The position numbers were made by a program, and so were the translations under genes. The notes beneath the pieces were generated by a model. The model ran no database searches. It worked only from the letters and a program-made list of their open reading frames with translations, and had not been told where the DNA came from. Positions 1-12,373 of a stretch of DNA of 64,000 nt are shown piece after piece. Position 1 is the stretch's first letter, and every line of letters begins with the position of its first letter. Location of the stretch: contig OX597824.1 of the NCBI GenBank assembly GCA_951406725.2, positions 65,224,001-65,288,000 on the forward strand, in the 5' to 3' direction. The DNA comes from Octopus vulgaris. Its lineage: Eukaryota.

Positions 1-594
1 AACAAGCTATCTTTGAGATAGCATGTTTTACATTGATTTGGGTTTGTATCTTTTATGCCTACAGTGTATACATGTAAGTATATATGGCATGCATGTGGGA
101 AGAACATTGGTAAGACATGCAACATAAAGGAAGCTTGATCGTCAATAATGGAAAATACGAAATAGTTATAGGATGAAATACAATTATGTTAAAAGGACAT
201 GATGATGGCGACGTGCATTTATAAAGCAGTGAAAAAATACTACCTAAATACTTCCAATAAATTTATACACACACACATTAACTTCAATGCATTTTTAATA
301 GTCAGTATTCGTTACTAAACACAATATCGTCATAAATACCATTATCTATGTTTTTGTGTAGTGAAAAACTGAGCACACCTCATTCACATTGTTGTCATCT
401 GTTTGATTGATGCAACCTGAATGAAAGAAATATATTGTTTGTTTGTATATAACATGCAGTTATAGGATTAGATATTGTTACATACAAAATTAAAGTGGAG
501 CGAAGCAAGCAGACATGTAGATATATAATTGCAATGCAATCTTTGTATTAGTATAGTATAAAGCAATGAGTATACATGCACAACTGTCCCCTAC

Positions 595-1480
595 CGAGTT
601 TGTTTCCTCATAACTTCCAGAAAATGTTCTACAAATACACTTCAGATGGTTTAGATTCTAATTATATTGGAATTTGTTCTGGAAAATTTTTTCAGGCAAG
701 CAGGGGGAAATTTTTTCAGGTTTTGTTTCCTAATAACTTTTGGAACAATGGCTATTTTAAAATGAAAATTACTAGAAATACCTTTCAGAGGGTGTTAATT
801 ACGATTATATAGGAATTTGATGTGAAAAGAAAAATGATGAGCATATATACATATATACTGTCACATCACAATTTTTGAGAAATTTCAAATTTTATTTGGT
901 AGATACATGTACCATGTGTCAGTATGAATGTGTGCTACCCAACTTTTTTAGTTGTTGTTTTTCATGCTAAATTCTGATGAAATCGTTATCTACACACTCT
1001 GAAAGGTATTTGTAGGAAATTTCATGAAAAAATATCCATTTTTCTGAAAGTTATGAGGAAAGAAAGCTGCCTCATGTGAATTTTCTGAACTCTTCTCCCT
1101 ACCTACAACAAATTCATATATAAGAGGAATTTACGCTATCTGAAACATATTTGTAGAAAATTTCATTAAAAATTATCCATTTTTCTGGAAGTTATGAGGA
1201 ACAAAAGACACACATTACATACATCTACAAAATGAAACTTGAATTTTCCAAAACATTGTGGTGTGTGTCTATCTATCTGTGTGTGCCCACTAAGCTTTTT
1301 GTCTTTTTACACTAAATTCCAATATATTCATATCCTACACACTCTGAAAGGTATTTGTAGAAAATTTCATGAAAAGATGCCTAGTTTTCTGAAAGTTATG
1401 AGGAAACAAAGCCATCACATGTGAACTTTCTGAAACTCCTCTCACTACACTTGCATAAGATATTTTCACAAAAAATTCTT
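595..1480. repeat. Cluster of diverged ~80-140 bp repeat cores in both orientations (possibly Helitron/Helentron-associated core repeats)
   Basis: Motif ACTCTGAAAGGTATTTGTAGAAAATTTCATGAAAA...GAAAGTTATGAGGAAACAAAG at ~995, ~1138 and ~1340 (+), and reverse-complemented at ~597-650 and ~720-795. Family assignment is inference. Confidence 0.6.
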
Positions 1481-1607
1481 ATATTATCGGAATTTACACC
1501 ATGCACTAACAATAGTCCAGTTATGAACACTTCACTCTGGCTGGGCACTGTAAATCATCGTGTTTGCATTACCAGAAGTCCATTAGAAACATGTTTTCTA
1601 AAATTAT

Positions 1608-2125
1608 TAGGTTGAGGAAAAAGTTCATGCGCTGAACTTGTGCCAAATGGTTACGCCATCAATGTTGAACTTTACTGTAAGCAATTTGACTGAGTCTATG
1701 ATGCACTGGTTGAAAAGTACCCAAGAATTGTTCATCGAAAATGCACTTTGTTTCAACAAGACAATGCAAAGTTGCATACCACCTGAAAGACCAGCAACAA
1801 GATTGAAGAATTGGATGGTGTGGAAGTTCTGCTGCATCCAGCCTATAGTCCAGATGTTGCTCCATTTGACTATGGTTTCTTCCAATCAACACTTAATGAA
1901 AAGTCGACAATTTGAGACATTCAATGAAGTTGAAGAAGCCTGTTGAGAATTTTTCAAGTCAAAGGATTGGTACTTTGACCAAATCTGAAAGTTTGCAGGT
2001 CATTGGGAGAAGGTGGTGGAAAATGATGGTCTTTATTTTGAAGAGTAGTTCTTGTTTTTTAAATAAATTCTTGCATAAAAAAAATCATTATTTTAACATG
2101 GCGCATGAACTTTTTCCTCAACCTA
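1608..2125 (+). mobile_element. Internally deleted mariner DNA transposon
   Basis: Perfect 25-bp TIRs TAGGTTGAGGAAAAAGTTCATGCGC (1608-1632; reverse complement at 2101-2125). The interior encodes frameshifted transposase motifs QQDNAKLH and LHPAYSPDVAPFDYGFF, matching mariner HDNARPH and HPPYSPDLAPSDY. Confidence 0.9.
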
Positions 2126-2159
2126 GAATATCAAAAATAAGTATATATATATATATATG

Positions 2160-2198
<39 letters not shown>

Positions 2199-2547
2199 GG
2201 TGCCATGAGTAAATTGTTGCAATTTTATATTTTTAATTTTATGCATGTACATTGTTTGTTTTTGATTTTGTTGACTACACAGTATAGTAGGGTCAGTTGA
2301 GCATTGTCTGTGAGAAAAACAGCATCATGACACAATTCACTCAGCCAGAAATTTGGAAATAACATACTGTACTACTTGACATTCATGCCGGAAGCTCCAA
2401 TATGAACATTTCAGAGTGTTTGGGTGTGAAACTGAGGACAGTGCAGAGGATTCAGAAAGAGTTGGATGAATCTAATGGTGATTTCAAAGGTATGGCAGCT
2501 TGGAAAACTCACTCTGATCATTCTGATAAGAAAAGAACACTTGAATT

Positions 2548-2947
2548 TGATAGTATGTTGTCAACTTAATGTGACAGTCCCATAAAAGGGAAGAATGCTA
2601 CTGTTATTTAGCCCTAGGAAACACTGTTTTCTGTTGGACTTGACACATTTCCTGTGTCCTTATGTTTTCAAAGTGGAGACAAGCACCTCCACCCAGCAAA
2701 GCCAGCATCCAGAGACTAGTTTCAGAGTCATTGCTCATCATCAGTGTAGAGATGCTTGTCTCCACTTTGAAAACATTAGGACACAGGAAATATGTCAAGT
2801 CCAATAGGAAACGGTGTTTCCTAGGGCTAAATAACAGTAGCATTCTTCCCTTTTATGGGACTGTTACATTAAGTTGACAACATACTATCACTTTATCGTG
2901 CTGCTACTGCATAAATCCCTCTGAGAGATTTAGAAATATATTATTTC
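2548..2947. mobile_element. Palindromic insertion (~140-bp inverted arms), probable Penelope-like pseudo-LTR remnant
   Basis: Arms 2548-~2692 and ~2746-2890 are near-perfect reverse complements. The loop carries a hammerhead-like motif. Flanks show a diverged duplication of host transposase sequence (AACACTTGAATTT / AACTCCTGAAATT). Confidence 0.65.
2708..2750 (-). ncRNA. Minimal type I hammerhead ribozyme-like motif
   Basis: Minus strand reads TCTACA CTGATGA T GAG CAATGA CTC T GAAA CTAG TC TCTGGA. This gives both core boxes, a short stem II, a palindromic stem III, a GUC triplet and a stem I with one mismatch. Confidence 0.6.
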
Positions 2948-3869
2948 AACTCCTGAAATTGTTGGTGAGATCCAAGCCATAATTGACAATGATTCCTTCA
3001 AGTCAATCAGGTCCATCACCAGGGAGTGTCTGAGTTTCTTATCAGGCAGGTATTCATCATACAAGATGAGAAAGGGCTAATTTTTATCGCAAGCCATCAA
3101 GGACAAGAGCAAAGACCATGCTACGAAGCTTTTGAACAAACTCAAGCATTCCATCCAACTGAACATGCTTCGGTTTTTCTCAGATGAGAAAAATTTCAGC
3201 CAGGATTAGGTGGTGAACACATAGAACAACTGTTGGCTTGCCATGTTCCCAAAACATGTACTGAGAGTGATAAAAATCAAACATCCAGTCAACATCAAGG
3301 TGTTTGGAGGGATCACTAGTGATGGCAACATTATGTTTCCATTCATCTTCCCACATGGCCACAGACTGAACACAGAGGCCTACATCAAGTGCCTGGAGGA
3401 GGTAGTGCTGCCCTGGGGAAAGAGGGTGGCTGCTGAAAGACTCTATGTCTGGCAACAGGGGAACCCAGTCATGGTTATCAGACAATTTCTGTAACCACAC
3501 CACCCCACCCCCAACACCTGGCCACCTAACTCCCCAGACTGCAACCCCTTTGATTATTACATGTGGGGCACAGTTGAGCAAAAGACCAACAAAACTCCAT
3601 GTAACACTATAGATGAACTGAAGGCAAGGATTATGGCAATATTCACCAACTTAAACAAGGAAAAGTTGCAGGAAATTCTGAAGTCATCTGGATGCTGTGG
3701 TTGAACCCAATGGCGATTTAATTGAATAAATTTACTCTTTAGTATTTCAAGATATTTTTATGTAGTTTTGGTAAATATATCTGTTAAAATGAGATGTTAG
3801 TGTTATTTTCATGTTTACATAATTTAGACAACAGTTTATTCACTGCATCCTCTGTGTGTGTGTGTGTAT

Positions 3870-4703
3870 AGCTGTCTATAGGTGTGTTTGTGGAGTTGTT
3901 AGCTATCTCCTCCTACATCATTTTATCTATTTTGTTGAAACTTAACGCATGAGTAGTACTCATGTCTGGAAATTTCATGGCATACTCAGATTGTTGAAAA
4001 AATCGCTAATAGGGTCTCTGGAAGGGATTCTTATAAATATTTAATATATTTCATTTTAACAGCCAAGAGAAATAACCCATTCATTTTCCTAAATCATTTG
4101 ATATAAATCAAATTGAGTATGCTTATTTCTTAGTATTTGAACTGTTAGAGTTATTTTTGCAATTTATACAGTTCAGCCCTTAAACAAGTAAATAGTATTT
4201 TCCTAAACAAGAGATCCACTTATTTCGATTAGTGACTTATTCATGCATATACCAACACTAGCGCTGCTGAGGGTAATATTCCCTGGGAATGCACAAAAGC
4301 TCTTTTCAGAGCTATTTACTTTGAATTGCTATTATCTCATATCTGATTAACCTGTTATTACATAACATGCTTCACGATTTTAACATACATACCTTATTAG
4401 TATTTCCTCCTAAGTTCTATATATTCTGGGAACACATTAAAGTCCTTTTCAGGGCTACTTTATTTGAATTCTTACAATAGAGTAACTAATTTCATGTTAT
4501 TACATAACTGACTTCACAATTTGGGTATTCATAACTTATTGAGAATTCCGTGTAAGACAGTTTTGTATTTTCTGTAAATACACAAAAACCATTTTAAGGA
4601 CTACATACTTTGTATTGTTGTCATTAGATTAGCAAAACAATTATGAGAATGGAACCAAGGGATAAGTCCTGCTTTCCTAGGAATTACCGGGTATGTCAGC
4701 TAG
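3870..4703 (+). mobile_element. Non-autonomous Helitron with internal ~140-bp tandem repeats
   Basis: 3' end CCGGGTATGTCAGCTAG followed by T. The 5' motif CTATCTCCTCC is shared with the Helitrons at 10766/11917. Three diverged internal units lie at ~4283, ~4426 and ~4572. Confidence 0.6.
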
Positions 4704-4739
4704 TGTGTATATAATATCATATATCATATATAACATCAA

Positions 4740-4935
4740 CATATTTTAACAACTGTCTTCCATGTAGGTGTAGATTGGAAAGTTTGATGCAGGATTCCAA
4801 TAAGTCAGAATATATCATGCTCCAATGTCTGTTTTGGTATGGTTTCTACAGCTTGATGCCCTTCATGATGCCAGCCACTTCAAGAAGTTATTGAGTGCTT
4901 TTTTTGTGTGTGGTACCAGCATTAGTGTGAGGTTG
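4740..4935 (-). mobile_element. Diverged 3'-end fragment of RTE LINE (or derived SINE)
   Basis: Similar to the RTE 3' terminus seen at 9310-9467 and 42195-42380 (GGTTTCTACAGCTTGATGCCCTTC). Confidence 0.6.
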
Positions 4936-4999
4936 CCATGTAGCTTGCAAAATTAAGATCTCCATTGGTTGAGTGGAGCTACAGTACATGATGAAAAGT

Positions 5000-5830
5000 A
5001 TGAAGGAAGGGTCCAGAACAGGTTTCCTGCTGCAGTAGAGATACATGGCTACTTATGTTATACTAGAATGGGTTGGAGTAATGGATGTAGAGCTGGAAAG
5101 AGGAATAAAGGTTGTGCTAAGGTGTCCAAGTGAGATCTGCAAATGGGAAAATGTGGAAGAAGAATAGGAAAGGAAGCTGGATAGCGGTAGCAAGAGTGTA
5201 TAGAGAGAGTAAAGGAGGGTAAGTAATGAGATAAGGGTATGAATATACTAAGTGATGAACAAAGGTCAAGATGGGGGATGGCTATGATAAAATATGAGTT
5301 GGATGCAAAGTAGGGAAGAGATGATGGCTAGAAATTAGGAAAGGTATAAGAGTGGCCAGTACAATATGTGTTGGGGTGTAGGTACTGATTGGCAGTATAA
5401 AAGGATGAGGAGTGGCAGGATAGAGAAAAAGAGATAATGTGGGGGTTGCAAGTGTATGAGCAGTGAGAAGTTGAAAGAGTGTTGGGTGAAGAGAAATATA
5501 CAATGCATGGGGAAAGAGTGAGATATGTATGAGCAAGTCAGCAGGAAGTGGTTCAGTGGAAAGGGTGATAATTTGATGGCACAGAAGAGTGGAGTGTAAA
5601 AGGTGAGTGAGGAGGAACAATGTAAGAATGAAGGATGGAAATTGATTGAAGTGGTTCCAGGTAGTGAGAAAAATAAGTAGCATCACAGAAAAGATGATAA
5701 AAATATGTAGTTCTGCCATCATCTGATTGCAGTGGGAGAATACTGAAGTTACCAAGTGATGGAGAGAGCAGTCATAGAAAGAATGAGGTGTGGAAGAAAG
5801 ATTAGATGAGGAAATTAGGTGGTGGGCCCA
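5000..5830 (+). repeat. Purine-rich (G/A) low-complexity tract
   Basis: Strong G+A bias on the + strand with few C; no clear periodicity. Confidence 0.6.
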
Positions 5831-5859
5831 ATTGTGTATATAGAAGCTTGCTTCCAGAA

Positions 5860-6575
5860 CCTCATTTTCTCATAGATGGGCTGGTTTTCTCAAGCACTAT
5901 ATATTGCCAGATATCTTGGTCATTTGTCATCTCCTCTAAGATTCAAACTCCTGAGATCATCCTTCACTACTTCATCCCATGCCTTCTTTGGTCTCCCTCT
6001 TCCACAAGTTTCATTCACTCTTTTATATAGCTGTTCTCATACATACACATTACATAACATACATGTGCACTCTTTTCTCTTGCATACTACATCTGATACA
6101 TCTTGTACTCAATTTTTCTCTCAACACATTTGCATTTATCATTCATGCACACTAACTTTGCTCATCCAACAGAGCATGCTAGCCTTTGTATGTTCTCAGC
6201 ATTCAGGGCCTACTTCTCATTACTATGTAGCATTGCTGTTCATGCACAAGCAACACACAATCTGCCCTCCACTCTCAAAGAAAGACTTTTTGATATCTAG
6301 AGGTAAAGTTCTTAGATCTTTCTCCAGCCTTTTCATATTCTAGCAACTATACTTTCAGTACATCCTCCTTCACTGTTAATTAGGTCACTTAGGTAACAGA
6401 AGTTATCTACTACCACTAGACATCCTCCTGGGCATTTGATAAAATCTGTTGTCCATGAACTCTAAGTGAATATTGCACCTGTGTGTCTACCACATACAAA
6501 GTCTACTTTTTCTGTCAATCTGCCTGTCATACTACTGCACCTCTTGTATGTCCACATTTTGCATTGGGAACATTG
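5860..6575 (-). mobile_element. Old RTE-clade LINE fragment (C-terminal part of ORF)
   Basis: Minus strand encodes CSQCKMWTYKRCS...FVCGR (Cys-rich finger), then VDNFCYL. Downstream sequence is homologous to 8530-9000. Confidence 0.75.
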
Positions 6576-6900
6576 TGCGCACACACACACACATGCACGC
6601 GTGCATGCATATAAATAAATACAGATGTGTGTGTGTGTATGTGTATACACAACACTTGAGCTGCTTCTAATTCATATTTGAATATATATGTAGGCCTGTT
6701 TGCAAAAAGTAGCAGTTAAAATGCCCAGAAAAAACCATTGTTTATTTATTACATCACAACACACTTTAAAGTGCAAGTATGGACACGAACATAGGGCTGA
6801 AATATCACGCAGGCAAAAAAGAACTTAATATGACTGCACAGTGATTAAAAAGTGAATATTCTATGTGCATTCTCTGTTTTCTTTCAACTATTAATATATA

Positions 6901-9467
6901 CGAGAAAGATGGCTATTTATAAATGCCAAAACTTTCCCAGGTAAAGAATGCATCCCACAACCAAGGTTAGTAGTTAGTGACTTCAGGATCAGGGCTAAAT
7001 GGCTGCCCAAAAGACATTTAGGAAAAGAAAGGTCTGGAAGCTTAAGGATCCTCTGAATGGACAGAGATTTAGAGACATATTACTTGAAGCTTTTGATGAA
7101 AAAAGGAGGATATAGCATCACATAATGTAGAGGACAACTGAAGGTTCCTATGGGAGAACCTGTTGAGGGCTACTGACCAGATCTGTGGCTGGTTAAAATC
7201 CCCTCTTGACCTAAGGTAACCTGGTGGTGGAACAATGTAGTTGACAGGGCCATTAGGTAAAAGAAAGAGGCATGGAAGGACTGGAAGTATGGTGGTAGTA
7301 GGGAACTGTATCAGATCACCAGAAGGGAAGTTAAGAGACAGGTTTACTTAGCCAGAAGGGATGCAGATAAGAAAAATTTTGCCAATGTTCTGCATTGTGA
7401 GGACCAGAGACTTGAAATGTTTTGAATTGCAAGACAGTGTGTTAGAGAAAATCATGATGTCATAGGAGAGAAATGTATCCACATGGATGATAACTCATTT
7501 GCATTTAAGGATGCTGCAAAGAAAGAGGCTTGGAGACTCCACTATGAAAGGTTGATAAATGAAGAGAATGAATGGGAGGAAGAGAATCTGCCCAATGTCA
7601 ACCAAGCAGAGGGACCAGCTATTCAAATTGACAGTACCTTGATAGATAAAGTAATTAAGGGTGTGAAGATAGGGAAAGCCCCCGGCCCATCAGGACTCAC
7701 TGCTGAGATGCTTAAAATATCTGGCAGTGTAGGCTATAGTCTAGTCACCCATATAGTCAACCAGATGATAAATGAGTGGGTCATACCCAATGACTGATGG
7801 AGCAGCACCATAGTCAACTGTTGCAACAGTAAAGGGGATGCCTTAGATAGAAATAATTACAGGTATCAAATTGTTGGATCAGGTGAAGAAAGTCACAGAG
7901 AAGGCCAGAGCCCAACAAATTTGGGAGAGAGTTTGTTTAGACAAGATGCAGTTTGGGTTTGTGCCAGGGAGAAGCACCACTGATGCTATTTTTCTGATAA
8001 GACAGCTGCAGAAGAAATGCCTTGCCAAAGATAAACCTCTGTATTTGGCTTTTGTTGATATGGAGAAAGCCTTTGACAGGGTCCCCTGATCCCTTATCTG
8101 GTGGTCAATGAGGAAACTAGGGATAGATGAGTGGTTGGTGAGAGCTGTACAAGCCATATACAGGGATGCTGTTGGTAAGGTGAGGGTTGGCAATGAGTAT
8201 AGAGAAGAAATCTGGGTAGAAGTAGGAGTTCACCAAAGATCATTCCTCAGCCCCCTCTTATTCATCATAGTCCTCCAGGCAATAACAGAGGAATTCAAAA
8301 CAGGCTGCCCTGGGAGCTCCTCTATGCTGATGACCTTGCTCTAATAGCTGAGTCACTACCAGAACTAGAGAAATTTCAGGAGTGGAAGCAAGGTCTAGAA
8401 TCAAAGGGCCTTAGAAGTCAACCTAGCAAAAACCCAAGTCTTAGTAAGTAGGAAGGCAGACAAATCACAAATCTTTTCAGGTAAATGGCCTTGCTCAATC
8501 TGTAGAAAAGTGGGTGGATGCTCTGTGAGCATACATGCTAGAATAAGAATAGCCTGGGCAAAGCTCAGAGAGCTCCTACCTCTATTGGTAACAAAGGTCT
8601 CTCCTTCAGAGTGAAAGGTAGACTATGATGCCTGTGTGAACAGCCATGCTACACAGCAGTGAAACATGAACTGTGGCTGCCGAGGACATGTGTAGGCTTG
8701 AAAGAAATGAAGCTAGTATGCTCCACTGGATATGTAATGTCAGTGTTCATACATGACAGAGTGTAGGCACACTGAGAGAAAAGTTGGACATAAGAAGCAT
8801 CAGATGTGTTGTGCAAGAGAGACGACTGCACTGGTATGGTCATGTGTTGCATATGGATGAGGATAGCTGTGTGAAGAAGTGTCACACCCTAACAGTGGAG
8901 GGAATTTGTGGAAGAGGTAGACCCTGGAAGACATGGGATGAGGTGGCATAGCATGACCTTCAAACGTTGAGCCTCACAGAGACAATGACAAGCAACCGAG
9001 ACCTTTGGATATATGCTGTGCTTGCGAAGACCCAGCAAGCCTAGTGAGATCATAGCCATGGCCAATACCACTGTCACATAACTGGTCCATTTAAAAGTAC
9101 CCTTTAATCATCGGGCTATATGCCGTGCTTGTGAAGACCAGTCAAACCAAGTGAAATTGCAGTCATGACCAATGCTAGTGCCAGCTGACTGGCACCCGTG
9201 TCATTGGCACGTAAAAAGCATCATTTGAGCGTGGTTGATGCCAATGCTGCCTGACTGGCTCTCTTGTGCCAGTGGCATATAAAAAACACCCACTACACCC
9301 AGAGTGGTTGGTATTAGGAAAGGCATTCAGCTGTAGAAACCTTGCCAAATTGGATTGGATCCTGGTGCAGTCTCCCAGCTTGCCAGTCCTCAGTCAAACT
9401 GTCCAGCCCATGCCAGCATGGAAAGTGGACGTTGAATGACGATGATGATGATGATGATGATGATGAT
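6901..9467 (+). mobile_element. 5'-truncated, decayed RTE-clade LINE retrotransposon
   Basis: End of an APE endonuclease (KTFPGKECIPQPRLVVSDF). RT motifs GKAPGPSG, QFGFVPGRSTTDAIF, FVDMEKAFDRVP, GVHQRSFLSPLLF, LYADDL. C-terminal GRGRPWKTW. Repetitive 3' UTR and (GAT)n tail at ~9437-9467. Many stops and frameshifts. Confidence 0.92.
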
Positions 9468-9899
9468 ATTAAAATAACCTGTAATAAGTTGATCAATGAA
9501 AAGAAAAGGAACATCAAATAAAAGGCAAGTAAAATTTTTATGAATAACATAAAACAAAAGGCTCAGTAATTCTAATAATTCTGATGTTTTACATGAAAAA
9601 GTTCATCAATGCAGTTTTCAAAATGAAAAGATGGAATTTACAAATTTGAATTAGAATCTCTTGAAAATGAGATAACGACCTGATGATGAAACTGGCTCAG
9701 TATCTCCTTCAGGCACAGCTGATGATAGAACAGTATATTTGGATGAACAGAAGATAATGGTGCTGGGTTTTCAAATGTCAATACTCCTGTTGTATGTCTT
9801 TTAGCTATTTTTTTAGTATATTTTTTAAGCTAAGTTGCTTCACATATTTTGGTTTTTCTTTATTTCATTTACTTTGCTGCACATAAATGTTCTTCATTT

Positions 9900-10340
9900 T
9901 TATTTTCAACTTTATTACTCAAGATCTTTTAGCACTTAACCTGTCAACTGAATCTTTAAACAGAGATTCTTTCAGTTACATATTTACATGCATATTTTCA
10001 TAACTATTTGTTTCTCCACTATCTTTCTCTGAGTTTACAGCTATTTGCACAATTTCTGAATCAGTATAATGATGAATATTAGCTAAATCACTTGCATTCA
10101 GCCATCTCTCAACATTATCTTAATCCATCCTTGATGAAAGATCCTTAGCAGCATGATTCGATCATGAGTGAATGAAAGTAATTCAAGTATAATCTGCTTT
10201 TGCTTAGAAACCCTAAATCGTGTGAAATCATTTACAGTGTCTTCGCTAAGTACAGACACAATCATTAACCTTAGCCACAATTTATGCCATCCATGTTTCA
10301 GTGTGGATGCTTCTGCAGACTTCCAAATACTAGCAATTCA
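9900..10340 (-). mobile_element. Tigger/pogo (JRK-like) transposase C-terminal remnant
   Basis: Minus strand translates IASIWKSAEASTLKHGWHKLWLRLM and VERWLNASDLANIHHYTDSEIVQIAV, resembling Tigger/JRK C-terminal motifs. Confidence 0.55.
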
Positions 10341-10519
10341 AACATTTACTTATGCTTATATATACATACATACACAAGCAGACATATATGTAAAAGCATA
10401 CATATACATGAACAAACATACATACATGTGCAGAAAAACATGTAACTATAAGGACAGTCATTTATATATTATGTAAGTGTATGTGTATATGATACACACA
10501 GACACACACAAATACACGT

Positions 10520-10702
10520 AAAAGGCACATAAAAAGCATCCATATTGGTGACATGTAAAAGACACCCACTACACGAAGGGTACCCAACCATAGAAACCAA
10601 GCCAAAACAGACTGGAGCTTGGCGTGGCTCTCCACCTTACCAGTTCCAGTGAAACTGTCTAACCCATGCCAGCATGATAAACAGATGCTAAATGATGATG
10701 AT
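10520..10702 (+). mobile_element. RTE 3'-end fragment
   Basis: AACCCATGCCAGCATG...AAATGATGATGAT terminus as at 9405-9467. Confidence 0.7.
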
Positions 10703-10765
10703 ATATACGTTCATATACATATTATACAGATATGTATATGGACGTATAGAAATCTTTATATATTA

Positions 10766-11160
10766 CTAGCAGTATCGCCCGGCGTTGCTCAGCTTTGTTT
10801 CAACCCTTTAGAATTGGAATTTTTGAAAAGTATAAATTTTGCATTATGTAGCTTGTTATTCTCTTTAAGTGAACATTTTTCTGGTTGAAATACACCGAAA
10901 AATGGCGACACAGCAGTCAAAAAATCGTCGTAAAAAATAGGTATTTTCATAGAAAAAAAGCACCTTTTTGATGTAAATAATTTTTGGTGTTAACATGGTC
11001 CGATTTAAATTTTTTGGTCTAAGGAAGGAAGAGCAAGCCTTCTTCTATCATACTCTTAATTTTGATCAACTTGCGCCGCAGGGTCTCAGAGGAGATAGTG
11101 TGAGTTGAAGGCTACCAAACCTGCCATACACAGACAACTTCAGCTTTATATATATGTAGA
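10766..11160 (-). mobile_element. Non-autonomous Helitron, copy 1
   Basis: On the minus strand: A|TC 5' end and GAGCAACGCCGGGCGATACTGCTAG|T 3' end (TC...CTAG inserted between A and T, no TSD). Near-identical to 11917-12335. Confidence 0.85.
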
Positions 11161-11916
11161 TTTGTTGACCAAAGCTTCTTAGTTCCTGTTGCAACTGTTC
11201 AGGTTATGTCTTACAGCCTTTATAATCTTCACAGAGCATTAAGGAGTAGTCATGATGTCAGCATTTTGACACTAAGCATGAATCATCATGATACAGAAAA
11301 CTTTTTTCCAGTATTCAGATGGTTTCATTCCTCCATGTCAGCTAACTTTTTCTCAACTACAACTTATCTTTATGCTCTCCAATACTGTTGACTGTTCCCC
11401 AATACATCAAACTGTTCCTGAAAAAAAAAAAAGCAGACAGAAAAAGATCATCAAATTTAGCCTGAAAACCCTACATATATATAAAAAATTATTTAAATAT
11501 AAATTTAAGTAAAGTAGTTAAACCACAGTTATGAAAGACTTTACTGGAAACACACCTTGTTTATCTATTTACAAATAGAAAGAAAAAAATGGAGATTGTC
11601 TTGATGTGATTCCCAGTGTAGATCATTGAGAGAGAGGACATACTCTCTTAACATCTGCTCAAGAAAAGAACTACTAGTAAATGCTATTTAAATTAAACAA
11701 AATCAAGAACTTAGCTGTAATGGTAAGACTAATTTGCATAATGGTGTCCTTTTTACACAATTACAAGTTCAAAATGATTGTGTACAACTCTGTAAAATAA
11801 ATTTATCTGCATGTTTGTTTGTTTGAAAATCTCAGATTTAACAGTAAAATATAAATTTGATATATGACATTAGTGCAGAACATCTCATTCTTTTACTTCC
11901 TGGGCAATGCTAATTA

Positions 11917-11917
11917 T

Positions 11918-11957
<40 letters not shown>

Positions 11958-12335
11958 CTGAAGTTGTCTGTGTATGGCAGGTTTGGTAGCCTTCAACTAA
12001 CACTATCTCCTCCGAGATCCTGTGGTGCAAGTTGACCAAAATTGAGAGTATGATAGAAGAAGGCTTGCGCTTCCTTCCGTAGAAGAAAAAATTCAAATCG
12101 GACCATGTTAACACCAAAAATTATTTACATCAAAAAGGTGCATTTTTTCTATGAAAATACCTATTTTTTACGACGATTTTTTGACTGCTGTGTCGCCATT
12201 TTTCGGTGTATTTCAACCAGAAAAATGTTCACTTAAAGAGAATAACAAGCTACATAATGCAAAATTTATACTTTTCAAAAATTCCAATTCTAAAGGGTTG
12301 AAACAAAGCTGAGCAACACCGGGCGATACTGCTAG
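11917..12335 (+). mobile_element. Non-autonomous Helitron, copy 2
   Basis: A|TCCTTATATA... 5' end and ...CCGGGCGATACTGCTAG|T 3' end. Inverted relative to copy 1. Confidence 0.85.

Positions 12336-12373
<38 letters not shown>

Larger units (their letters stand above)
2195..3854 (+). mobile_element. Decayed Tc1/mariner-superfamily element (maT/DD37D-like), interrupted by an insertion at ~2548-2947
   Basis: Degenerate TIRs (CAGGGTGCCATGAGTAAATTGTTG vs reverse complement CAGAGGATGCAGTGAATAAACTGTTG). Transposase motifs FSDEKNF (~3176) and WPPNSPDCNPFDYYMWG (~3519-3570). ORF 3243-3494 is a fragment. Left end sits in a (TA)n tract. Confidence 0.8.

Noticed and set aside
5282-5755. 157-aa hydrophobic ORF
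   Set aside because: It is the translation of the complement of a purine-rich low-complexity tract, with no domain features.
9679-9713. CTGATGA/GAAAC motif within an imperfect hairpin
   Set aside because: There is no room for stem II between the boxes; likely chance.
10766-12335. Single large TIR (foldback) transposon
   Set aside because: Each arm has its own complete Helitron termini and there is no TSD, so these are two separate insertions.
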